This document shows positions 46,017-58,315 of a stretch of DNA of 64,000 bases, piece after piece; positions within the stretch are counted from its first letter, which is position 1, and every line of letters begins with the position of its first letter. The notes beneath the pieces were generated by a model that had not been told where the DNA came from, ran no database searches, and worked only from the letters and a program-made list of their open reading frames with translations. Source of the DNA: Eledone cirrhosa (taxonomy: Eukaryota); contig OZ024744.1 in assembly GCA_964016885.1 (NCBI GenBank), positions 123,876,001 to 123,940,000 of the forward strand, read 5' to 3'. Position numbers and translations under genes: made by a program.

Positions 46017-49000
46017 ATTATATATATAATAATGAAAGGGTTAATGACATAAACAGTGTCTTTCATTAGAAATATGGTAATGAAAGGGTTAATGACATAG
46101 TGTTTTTCATTAGAAATATGGTAATGAAAGGGTTAATGACATAAACAGTGTCTTTCATTAGAAATATGGTAATGAAAGGGTTAATGACATAGACAGTGTC
46201 TTTCATTAGAAATATGGTAATGCAAGGGTTAATGACTTAGACAGTCTTTCATTAGAAATATGGTAATGAAAAGGTTAATGACAAAGTGTTTTTCATTAGA
46301 ATATGGTAATGAAAGGGTTAATGAAATAGTGGTTTTCATTAGAAATATGGTAATGAAAGGGTTAATGACATAGACAGTGTCTTTCATTAGAAATATGGTA
46401 ATTGAATGGTTACATTAGAAATATGGTAATGAAAGGGTTAATGGCATAGACAGTGTCTTTCATTAGAAATATGGTAATGAAAGGGTTAATGACATAGACA
46501 GTGTCTTTCATTAGAAATATGGTAATGGAAAGGTTAAATATGGTAATGGAATGGTTACATTAGAAATATGGTAATGAAAGGGTTAATGACATAGACAGTG
46601 TCTTTCATTAGAAATATAGTAATGCAAGGGTTAATGACATAGACAGTGTCTTTCATGAGAAATATGGTAATGAAAGGGTTAATGACGTAGTGTCTTTCAT
46701 TAGAAATATAGTAATGAAAGGGATAATGACATAAACAGTGTCTTTCATTAGAAATATGGTAATGAAAGGGTCAATGACATAGTGTTTTGCATTAGAAATA
46801 TGGTAATGAAAGGGTTAATGACATAAACAGTGTCTTTCATTAGAAATATGGTAATTAAAGGGTTAATGACATAGACAGTGTCTTTCATTAGAAATATGGT
46901 AATGAAAGGGTTAATGACATAGACAGTGTCTTTCATTAGATATATGGGAATGAAAGGGTTAATGACATAGTGTCTTTCATTAGAAATATAGTAATGAAAG
47001 GGTTAATGACATAGTGTTTTTCATTAGAAATATGGTAATGAAAGGGTTAATGACATAAATAGTGTCTTTCATTAGAAATATGGTAATGGAAGGGTTAATG
47101 ACATAGACAGTGTCTTTCATTAGAAATATGGTAATGAAAGGGTTAATGACATAGATAGTGTCTTTCATTTGAAATATGGTAATGAAAGTGTTAATGACAT
47201 AGACAGTGTCTTTCATTAGAAATATGGTAATGAAAGGGTTAATGACAGTGCTTTTCATTAGAAATATGGTAATTAAAAGGTTAATGACATAGACAGTGTC
47301 TTTCATTAGAAATATGGTAATGAAAGGGTTAATGACATAGACACTGTCTTTCATTAGAAATATGATATATGAAAGGGTTAATGACATAGTGTTTTTCATT
47401 AGAATATGGTAATGAAAGGGCTAATGACATAGACAGTGTCTTTCATTAGAAATATGATAATGAAAGGGTTAATGACATAGACAGTGTCTTTAATTAGAAA
47501 TATGGTAATGAAAGGGTTAATGACATTGACAGTGTCTTTCATTAGAAATATGGTAATGTAAGGGTTAATGACATAGACAGTGTCTTTCATTAGAAATATG
47601 GTAATGGAATGGTTACATTAGAAATATGGTAATGAAAGGGTTAATGGCATAGACAGTTTTCTTTCATTAGAAATATGGTAATGAAAGGGTTAATGACATA
47701 GACAGTGTCTTTCATTAGAAATATGGTAATGGAAAGATTAAATATGGTAATGGAATGGTTACATTAGAAATATGGTAATGAAAGGGTTAGTGACATAGAG
47801 AGTGTCTTTCATTAGAAATAAGGGTTAATGACATAGACAGTGTTTTTCATGAGAAATAGGGTAATGAAAGGGTTAATGACATAGACAGTGTCTTTCATTA
47901 TATATATGGTAATGAAAGGGTTAATGACATAGTGTCTTTCATTAGAAATATAGTAATGAAAGGTTTAATGACATAGACAGTGTCTTTCATTAGAAATATG
48001 GTAATGAAAGGGTTAATGACATAAACAGTATCTTTCATTAGAAATATGGTAATGAAAGGGTTAATGACATAGTGTTTTGCATTTGAAATATGGTAATGAA
48101 AGGGTTAATGACATAAATAGTGTCTTTCATTAGAAATATGGTAATGAAAGGGTTAATGACATAGACAGTGTCTTTCATTAGAAATATGGTAATGGAAAGA
48201 TTAAATATGGTAATGGAATGGTTACATTAGAAATATGGTAATGAAAGGGTTAATGACATAGACAGTGTCTTTCATTAGAAATATGGTAATGGAAAGATTA
48301 AATATGGTAATGGAATGGTTACATTAGAAATATGGTAATGAAAGGGTTAGTGACATAGACAGTGTCTTTCATTAGAAATATGGTAATGCAAGTGTTAATG
48401 ACATAGACAGTGTCTTTCATGAGAAATAGGGTAATGAATGGGTTAATGACATAGACAGTGTCTTTCATTATATATATGGTAATGAATGGGTTAATGACAT
48501 AGTGTCTTTCATTAGAAATATGGTAATGAAAGGGTTAATGACATAGTGTTTTTCATTAGAAATATAGTAATGAAAGGGTTAATGACATAAACAGTGTTTT
48601 TCATTAGAAATATGGTAATGAAAGGGTTAATGACATAAATAGTGTCTTTCATTAGAAATATGGTAATGAAAGGGTTAATGACATAGACAGTGTCTTTCAT
48701 TAGAAATATGGTAATGAAAGGGTTAATGACATAGATAGTGTCTTTCATTTGAAATATGGTAATGAAAGTGTTAATGACATAAACAATGTTTTTCATTAGA
48801 AATATGTTAATGAAAGGGTTAATGACATAGACAGTGTCTTTCATTAGAAATATGGGTATTAAAGGGTTAATGACATAGACAGTGTCTTTCATTAGAAATA
48901 TGGTAAATGAAAGGGTTAATGACATAGTGTTTTTCATTAGAAATATGGTAATGAAAGGGTTAATGACATAGACAGTGTCTTTCATTAGATATATGGTAAT

Positions 49001-50999
49001 GAAAGGGTTAATGACATAAACAGTATCTTTCATTAGAAATATGGTAATGAAAGGGTTAATGACATAGTATCTTTCATTTGAAATTTGGTAATGAAAGGGT
49101 TAATGACATAGTGTTTTTCATTAGAAATATGGTAATGAAAGGGTTAATGACATAAACAGTATCTTTCATTTGAAATATTATAATGAAAGTGTTAATGACA
49201 TAGACAGTGTCTTTCATTAGAAATGTGGTAATTAAAGGGTTAATGACATAGACAGTGTCTTTCATTAGATATATGGGAATGAAAGAGTTAATGACATAGT
49301 GTCTTTCATTAGAAATATAGTAATGAAAGGGTTAATGACATAGTGTTTTTCATTAGAAATATGGTAATGAAAGGGTTAATGACATAAATAGTGTCTTTCA
49401 TTAGAAATATGGTAATGGAAGGGTTAATGACATAGACAGTGTCTTTCATTAGAAATATGGTAATGAAAGGGTTAATGACATAGATAGTGTCTTTCATTTG
49501 AAATATGGTAATGAAAGTGTTAATGACATAGACAGTGTCTTTCATTAGAAATATGGTAATGAAAGGGTTAATGACATAGTATCATTCATTAGAAATATGG
49601 TAATGAAAGGGTTAATGACAGTGTTTTTCATTAGAAATATGGTAATTAAAAGGTTAATGACATAGACAGTGTCTTTCATTAGAAATATGGTAATGAAAGG
49701 GTTAATGACATAGTATCATTCATTAGAAATATGGTAATGAAAGGGTTAATGACAGTGTTTTTCATTAGAAATATGGTAATTAAAAGGTTAATGACATAGA
49801 CACTGTCTTTCATTAGAAATATGGTATATGAAAGGGTTAATGACATAGTGTTTTTCATTAGAATATGGTAATGAAAGGGCTAATGACATAGACAGTGTCT
49901 TTCATTAGAAATATGATAATGAAAGGGTTAATGACATAGACAGTGTCTTTAATTAGAAATATGGTAATGAAAGGGGTAATGACATTGACAGTGTCTTTCA
50001 TTAGAAATATGGTAATGTAAGGGTTAATGACATAGACAGTGTCTTTCATTAGAAATTTGGTAATGAAAGGGTTAAAGAAATAGATTGTCTTTCATTAGAA
50101 ATATGGTAGTGAAAGGGTTTATGACATAAACAGCGTTTTTCATTTCATATATGGTAATGAAAGGGTTAATGGCATAGACACTGTCTTTCGTTAGAAATTT
50201 GGTAATAAAAGGGTTAATGACATAGACAGTGTCTTTCATTAGAAATATGGTAATGAAAGGGTTAATGACATAGACAGTGTCTTTCCTTAGATATATGGTA
50301 ATGAAAGGGTTAATGACATAGACAGTGTCTTTCATTAGAAATATGGTAATGAAAGGGTTAATGACATAGACAGTGACTTTCATTAGAAATATGGTAATGA
50401 AAGGGTTAATGACATAGACAGTGTCTTTCATTAGAAATATGGTAATGGAATGGTTACATTAGAAATATGGTAATGAAAGGGTTAATGGCATAGACAGTTT
50501 TCTTTCATTAGAAATATGGTAATGAAAGGGTTAATGACATAGACAGTGTCTTTCATTAGAAATATGGTAATGGAAAGATTAAATATGGTAATGGAATGGT
50601 TACATTAGAAATATGGTAATGAAAGGGTTAGTGACATAGACAGTGTCTTTCATTAGAAATATGGTAATGCAAGGGTTAATGACATAGACAGTGTCTTTCA
50701 TGAGAAATAGGGTAATGAAAGGGTTAATGACATAGACAGTGTCTTTCATTATATATATGGTAATGAAAGGGTTAATGACATAGTGTCTTTCATTAGAAAT
50801 ATAGTAATGAAAGGTTTAATGACATAGACAGCGTCTTTCATTAGAAATATGGTAATGAAAGGGTTAATGACATAAACAGTGTCTTTCATTAGAAATATGG
50901 TAATGAAAGGGTTAATGACATAGTGTTTTTCATTAGAAATATGGTAATGAAATGGTTAATGACATAAATAGTGTCTTTCATTAGAAATATGGTAATGAA

Positions 51000-53900
51000 A
51001 GGGTTAATGACATAGACAGTGTCTTTCATTAGAAATTTGGTAATGAAAGGGTTAAAGAAATAGATTGTCTTTCATTAGAAATATGGTAGTGAAAGGGTTT
51101 ATGACATAAACAGTGTTTTTCATTTCATATATGGTAATGAAAGGGTTAATGGCATAGACACTGTCTTTCGTTAGAAATTTGGTAATAAAAGGGTTAATGA
51201 CATAGACAGTGTCTTTCATTAGAAATATGGTAATGAAAGGGTTAATGACATAGACAGTGTCTTTCCTTAGATATATGGTAATGAAAGGGTTAATGACATA
51301 GACAGTGTCTTTCATTAGAAATATGGTAATGAAAGGGTTAATGACATAGACAGTGACTTTCATTAGAAATATGGTAATGAAAGGGTTAATGACATAGACA
51401 GTGTCTTTCATTAGAAATATGGTAATGGAATGGTTACATTAGAAATATGGTAATGAAAGGGTTAATGGCATAGACAGTTTTCTTTCATTAGAAATATGGT
51501 AATGAAAGGGTTAATGACATAGACAGTGTCTTTCATTAGAAATATGGTAATGGAAAGATTAAATATGGTAATGGAATGGTTACATTAGAAATATGGTAAT
51601 GAAAGGGTTAGTGACATAGACAGTGTCTTTCATTAGAAATAGGGTAATGAAAGGGTTAATGACATAGACAGTGTCTTTCATTATATATATGGTAATGAAA
51701 GGGTTAATGACATAGTGTCTTTCATTAGAAATATAGTAATGAAAGGTTTAATGACATAGACAGCGTCTTTCATTAGAAATATGGTAATGAAAGGGTTAAT
51801 GACATAAACAGTGTCTTTCATTAGAAATATGGTAATGAAAGGGTTAATGACATAGTGTTTTTCATTAGAAATATGGTAATGAAATGGTTAATGACATAAA
51901 TAGTGTCTTTCATTAGAAATATGGTAATGAAAGGGTTAATGACATAGACAGTGTCTTTCATTAGAAATATGGTAATGGTAAGATTAAATATGGTAATGGA
52001 ATGGTTACATTAGAAATATGGTAATGAAAGGGTTAGTGACATAGCAGTGCCTTTCATTAGAAATATGGTAATGCAAGGGTTAATGACATAGACAGTGTCT
52101 TTCATGAGAAATAGGGTAATGAAAGGGTTAATGACATAGACAGTGTCTTTCATGAGAAATAGGGTAATGAATGGGTTAATGACATAGACAGTGTCTTTCA
52201 TTATATATATGGTAATGAAAGGGTTAATGACATAGTGTCTTTCATTAGAAATATGGTAATGAAAGGGTTAATGACATAGTGTCTTTCATTAGAAATATAG
52301 TAATGAAAGGGTTAATGACATAAACAGTGTCTTTCATTAGAAATATGGTAATGAAAGGGTTAATGACATAGTGTTTTTCATTAGAAATATGGTAATGAAA
52401 CGGTTAATGACATAAATAGTGTCTTTCATTAGAAATATGGTAATGAAAGGGTTAATGACATAGACAGTGTCTTTCATTAGAAATATGGTAATGAAAGGGT
52501 TAATGACATAGATAGTGTCTTTCATTTGAAATATGGTAATGAAAGTGTTAATGACATAAACAATGTTTTTCATTAGAAATATGTTAATGAAAGGGTTAAT
52601 GACATAGACAGTGTCTTTCATTAGAAATATGGGTATTAAAGGGTTAATGACATAGACAGTGTCTTTCATTAGAAATATGGTAAATGAAAGGGTTAATGAC
52701 ATAGTGTTTTTGATTAGAAATATGGTAATGAAAGGGTTAATGACATAGACAGTGTCTTTCATTAGATATATGGTAATGAAAGGGTTAATGACATAAACAG
52801 TATCTTTTATTAGAAATATGGTAATGAAAGGGTTAATGACATAAACAGTATCTTTCATTTGAAATTTGGTAATGAAAGGGTTAATGACATAGTGTTTTTC
52901 ATTAGAAATATGGTAATGAAAGGGTTAATGACATAAACAGTGTCTTTCATTAGAAATATGTTAATGAAAGGGTTAATGACATAGACAGTGTCTTTCATTA
53001 GAAATTTGGTAATGAAAGGGTTAATGACATAGACAGTGTCTTTTATTAGATATATGGTAATGAAAGTGTTAATGAAATAGACAGTGTCTTTCATTAGAAA
53101 TATGGTAATGCAAGGGTTAATGACTTAGACAGTCTTTCATTAGAAATATGGTAATGAAAAGGTTAATGACAAAGTGTTTTTCATTAGAATATGGTAATAA
53201 AAGGTCTAATGATATAAACAGTGTCTTTCGTTAGAAATATGGTAATTAAAGGGTTAATGAAATAGTGTTTTTCATTAGAAATATGGTAATGAAAGGGTTA
53301 ATGACATAGACAGTGTCTTTCATTAGAAATATGGTAATGGAATGATTACATTAGAAATATGGTAATGAAAGGGTTAATGGCATAGACAGTGTCTTTCATT
53401 AGAAATATGGTAATGAAAGGGTTAATGACATAGACAGTGACTTTCATTAGAAATATGGTGATGAAAGGGTCAATGGCACAGACACTGTCTTTCGTTAGAA
53501 ATTTGGTAATAAAAGGGTTAATGACATAGACAGTGTTTTTCATTTGAAATATGGTAATGAAAGGGTTAATGACATAGACTGTCTTTCATTAGAAATATGG
53601 TAATGAAAGGGTTAATGACATAGACAGTGTCTTTCTTTAGAAATATGGTAATGAAAGGGTTAATGACATAAACAGTATCTTTCATTAGAAATATGGTAAT
53701 GAAAGGGTTAATGACATAGTATCTTTCATTTGAAATTTGGTAATGAAAGGGTTAATGACATAGTGTTTTTCATTAGAAATATGGTAATGAAAGGGTTAAT
53801 GACATAAACAGTATCTTTCATTTGAAATATTATAATGAAAGTGTTAATGACATAGACAGTGTCTTTCATTAGAAATGTGGTAATTAAAGGGTTAATGACA

Positions 53901-56900
53901 TAGACAGTGTCTTTCATTTGAAATATGGTAATGAAAGTGTTAATGACATAGACAGTGTCTTTCATTAGAAATATGGTAATGAAAGGGTTAATGACATAGT
54001 ATCATTCATTAGAAATATGGTAATGAAAGGGTTAATGACAGTGTTTTTCATTAGAAATATGGTAATTAAAAGGTTAATGACATAGACAGTGTCTTTCATT
54101 AGAAATATGGTAATGAAAGGGTTAATGACATAGACACTGTCTTTCATTAGAAATATGGTATATGAAAGGGTTAATGACATAGTGTTTTTCATTAGAATAT
54201 GGTAATGAAAGGGCTAATGACATAGACAGTGTCTTTCATTAGAAATATGATAATGAAAGGGTTAATGACATAGACAGTGTCTTTAATTAGAAATATGGTA
54301 ATGAAAGGGGTAATGACATTGACAGTGTCTTTCATTAGAAATATGGTAATGTAAGGGTTAATGACATAGACAGTGTCTTTCATTAGAAATTTGGTAATGA
54401 AAGGGTTAAAGAAATAGATTGTCTTTCATTAGAAATATGGTAGTGAAAGGGTTTATGACATAAACAGTGTTTTTCATTTCATATATGGTAATGAAAGGGT
54501 TAATGGCATAGACACTGTCTTTCGTTAGAAATTTGGTAATAAAAGGGTTAATGACATAGACAGTGTCTTTCATTAGAAATATGGTAATGAAAGGGTTAAT
54601 GACATAGACAGTGTCTTTCCTTAGATATATGCTAATGAAAGGGTTAATGACATAGACAGTGTCTTTCATTAGAAATATGGTAATGAAAGGGTTAATGACA
54701 TAGACAGTGACTTTCATTAGAAATATGGTAATGAAAGGGTTAATGACATAGACAGTGTCTTTCATTAGAAATATGGTAATGGAATGGTTACATTAGAAAT
54801 ATGGTAATGAAAGGGTTAATGGCATAGACAGTTTTCTTTCATTAGAAATATGGTAATGAAAGGGTTAATGACATAGACAGTGTCTTTCATTAGAAATATG
54901 GTAATGGAAAGATTAAATATGGTAATGGAATGGTTACATTAGAAATATGGTAATGAAAGGGTTAGTGACATAGACAGTGTCTTTCATTAGAAATATGGTA
55001 ATGCAAGGGTTAATGACATAGACAGTGTCTTTCATGAGAAATAGGGTAATGAAAGGGTTAATGACATAGTGTCTTTCATTAGAAATATAGTAATGAAAGG
55101 TTTAATGACATAGACAGCGTCTTTCATTAGAAATATGGTAATGAAAGGGTTAATGACGTAAACAGTGTCTTTCATTAGAAATATGGTAATGAAAGGGTTA
55201 ATGACATAGTGTTTTTCATTAGAAATATGGTAATGAAATGGTTAATGACATAAATAGTGTCTTTCATTAGAAATATGGTAATGAAAGGGTTAATGACATT
55301 GACAGTGTCTTTCATTAGAAATATGGTAATGGTAAGATTAAATATGGTAATGGAATGGTTACATTAGAAATATGGTAATGAAAGGGTTAGTGACATAGCA
55401 GTGCCTTTCATTAGAAATATGGTAATGCAAGGGTTAATGACATAGACAGTGTCTTTCATGAGAAATAGGGTAATGAAAGGGTTAATGACATAGACAGTGT
55501 CTTTCATGAGAAATAGGGTAATGAATGGGTTAATGACATAGACAGTGTCTTTCATTATATATATGGTAATGAAAGGGTTAATGACATAGTGTCTTTCATT
55601 AGAAATATGGTAATGAAAGGGTTAATGACATAGTGTCTTTCATTAGAAATATAGTAATGAAAGGGTTAATGACATAAACAGTGTCTTTCATTAGAAATAT
55701 GGTAATGAAAGGGTTAATGACATAGTGTTTTTCATTAGAAATATGGTAATGAAACGGTTAATGACATAAATAGTGTCTTTCATTAGAAATATGGTAATGA
55801 AAGGGTTAATGACATAGACAGTGTCTTTCATTAGAAATATGGTAATGAAAGGGTTAATGACATAGATAGTGTCTTTCATTTGAAATATGGTAATGAAAGT
55901 GTTAATGACATAAACAATGTTTTTCATTAGAAATATGTTAATGAAAGGGTTAATGACATAGACAGTGTCTTTCATTAGAAATATGGGTATTAAAGGGTTA
56001 ATGACATAGACAGTGTCTTTCATTAGAAATATGGTAAATGAAAGGGTTAATGACATAGTGTTTTTGATTAGAAATATGGTAATGAAAGGGTTAATGACAT
56101 AGACAGTGTCTTTCATTAGATATATGGTAATGAAAGGGTTAATGACATAAACAGTATCTTTTATTAGAAATATGGTAATGAAAGGGTTAATGACATAAAC
56201 AGTATCTTTCATTTGAAATTTGGTAATGAAAGGGTTAATGACATAGTGTTTTTCATTAGAAATATGGTAATGAAAGGGTTAATGACATAAACAGTGTCTT
56301 TCATTAGAAATATGTTAATGAAAGGGTTAATGACATAGACAGTGTCTTTCATTAGAAATTTGGTAATGAAAGGGTTAATGACATAGACAGTGTCTTTTAT
56401 TAGATATATGGTAATGAAAGTGTTAATGAAATAGACAGTGTCTTTCATTAGAAATATGGTAATGCAAGGGTTAATGACTTAGACAGTCTTTCATTAGAAA
56501 TATGGTAATGAAAAGGTTAATGACAAAGTGTTTTTCATTAGAATATGGTAATGAAAGGTCTAATGATATAAACAGTGTCTTTCGTTAGAAATATGGTAAT
56601 TAAAGGGTTAATGAAATAGTGTTTTTCATTAGAAATATGGTAATGAAAGGGTTAATGACATAGACAGTGTCTTTCATTAGAAATATGGTAATGGAATGAT
56701 TACATTAGAAATATGGTAATGAAAGGGTTAATGGCATAGACAGTGTCTTTCATTAGAAATATGGTAATGAAAGGGTTAATGACATAGACAGTGACTTTCA
56801 TTAGAAATATGGTGATGAAAGGGTTAATGGCACAGACACTGTCTTTCGTTAGAAATTTGGTAATAAAAGGGTTAATGACATAGACAGTGTTTTTCATTTG

Positions 56901-57024
56901 AAATATGGTAATGAAAGGGTTAATGACATAGACTGTCTTTCATTAGAAATATGGTAATGAAAGGGTTAATGACATAGACAGTGTCTTTCTTTAGAAATAT
57001 GGTAATGAAAGGGTTAATGACATA
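51000..57024. repeat. Higher-order duplication, offset 3,354 bp (~51.0-53.7 kb matches ~54.35-57.0 kb)
   Basis: ORF-track pairs 51052/54406, 52010/55364, 52337/55691, 52855/56209 and 53346/56700 all differ by 3,354. A further 733-bp duplication (56700/57433) ends the array. Confidence 0.9.
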
Positions 57025-57924
57025 GACTGTCTTTCATTAGAAATATGGTAATGAAAGGGTTAATGACATAGACAGTGTCTTTCATTAGAAATTTGGTAAT
57101 GAAAGGGTTAATGACATAGACAGTGTCTTCTATTAGATATATGGTAATGAAAGTGTTAATGAAATAGACAGTGTCTTTCATTAGAAATATGGTAATGCAA
57201 GGGTTAATGACTTAGACAGTCTTTCATTAGAAATATGGTAATGAAAAGGTTAATGACAAAGTGTTTTTCATTAGAATATGGTAATGAAAGGTCTAATGAT
57301 ATAAACAGTGTCTTTCGTTAGAAATATGGTAATTAAAGGGTTAATGAAATAGTGTTTTTCATTAGAAATATGGTAATGAAAGGGTTAATGACATAGACAG
57401 TGTCTTTCATTAGAAATATGGTAATGGAATGATTACATTAGAAATATGGTAATGAAAGGGTTAATGGCATAGACAGTGTCTTTCATTAGAAATATGGTAA
57501 TGAAAGGGTTAATGACATAGACAGTGACTTTCATTAGAAATATGGTGATGAAAGGGTTAATGGCACAGACACTGTCTTTCGTTAGAAATTTGGTAATAAA
57601 AGGGTTAATGACATAGACAGTGTTTTTCATTTGAAATATGGTAATGAAAGGGTTAATGACATAGACTGTCTTTCATTAGAAATATGGTAATGAAAGGGTT
57701 AATGACATAGACAGTGTCTTTCTTTAGAAATATGGTAATGAAAGGGTTAATGACATAGACTGTCTTTCATTAGAAATATGGTAATGAAAGGGTTAATGAC
57801 ATAGACAGTGTCTTTCATTAGAAATATGGTAGTGAAAGGGGATAAGCATGAAAAGGTTTTATATTTCCCGAAGTAATATACATAATTTTAGTCTGCTTAC
57901 ATTGAAGTATATGTAATTAATATG

Positions 57925-57947
57925 TGGGTATGGTATGGTGTGGTGTG
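57925..57947. repeat. Short degenerate (TGGTA/TGGTG)n pentamer tract directly upstream of the 5' LTR
   Basis: TGGGTATGGTATGGTGTGGTGTG. Confidence 0.6.
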
Positions 57948-57948
57948 C

Positions 57949-58198
57949 TGTGGCCGGAGGCTGGTGAGTGCTCGACCGGAAGAGTGTTTGACCAGAAGGG
58001 CGCTTGACCGGAAGGGTGCTCGACCAGAAGGGCCAGCAGGTCTGCCTCTCTCTAGGGTGGTCAGCAAAGCTGGTGGGCGTTAGTTTGGGAGCTCCCAGTT
58101 AACGAGTTGGATTGTATGTACTTGGGAGAGGAGAAACCAGCCTTTGGATTAGCGGTGCCAGCAATAAGCGGTACGTGAAGTAGCTTTTTCTAACCACA
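57949..58198 (+). repeat. 5' LTR (250 bp)
   Basis: TGTGG...CCACA inverted termini. Aligns to 61801-62031 with about 16 substitutions and one 19-bp indel (58161-58179). Confidence 0.95.
57968..58031 (+). repeat. 4 x 16-bp tandem subrepeat in the LTR (also 61820-61883)
   Basis: GTGCTCGACCGGAAGA / GTGTTTGACCAGAAGG / GCGCTTGACCGGAAGG / GTGCTCGACCAGAAGG. Confidence 0.9.
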
Positions 58199-58210
58199 AG
58201 CTATTTCGGC
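58199..58210 (+). promoter_or_regulatory. Putative non-canonical primer-binding site, complementary to nt 1-12 of tRNA-Phe
   Basis: AGCTATTTCGGC abuts the LTR terminal CA. Its reverse complement GCCGAAATAGCT is the 5' end of metazoan cytosolic tRNA-Phe(GAA) as I recall it. No TGG-type PBS within a few nt of the LTR. Confidence 0.6.
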
Positions 58211-58315
58211 ACTGGAAGACGATAAAAAAAAAGAACTTTCTCGAAAACGAAGCTACTGGAGAACAGAGAGGAGTCTGTTGTTTTTTTATTACTTACTGCA
58301 GGACAAAATTAGGAT

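Larger units (their letters stand above)
1..57840. repeat. 48-bp AT-rich tandem satellite array (continues past the left window edge), with shorter deletion variants and higher-order structure
   Basis: Monomer CATTAGAAATATGGTAATGAAAGGGTTAATGACATAGACAGTGTCTTT repeats head-to-tail in one orientation. It ends abruptly at ...GGTAGTGAAAGGG (57,840). The only non-satellite interruptions seen are five SINE copies. Confidence 0.99.

Noticed and set aside
65-57630. Dozens of minus-strand ORFs of repeating MKDTVYVINPFITIFL
   Set aside because: They arise because the monomer is 48 bp (16 codons) with one stop-free frame. They break wherever a 44/46/28-bp monomer occurs, so there is no sign of frame preservation or gene structure.
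1-57840. CRISPR array (regular short palindromic repeats)
   Set aside because: No unique spacers, since monomers are contiguous. No cas genes, and the context is eukaryotic.
1-57840. Telomeric repeat (AGGGTT within each monomer)
   Set aside because: Only a single AAGGGTTA per 48 bp, never tandem TTAGGG.
58213-58225. TGGAAGACG as a canonical PBS
   Set aside because: It is 14 nt from the LTR end and I cannot match it to a tRNA 3' end. Not fully excluded without a search of the host tRNA set.
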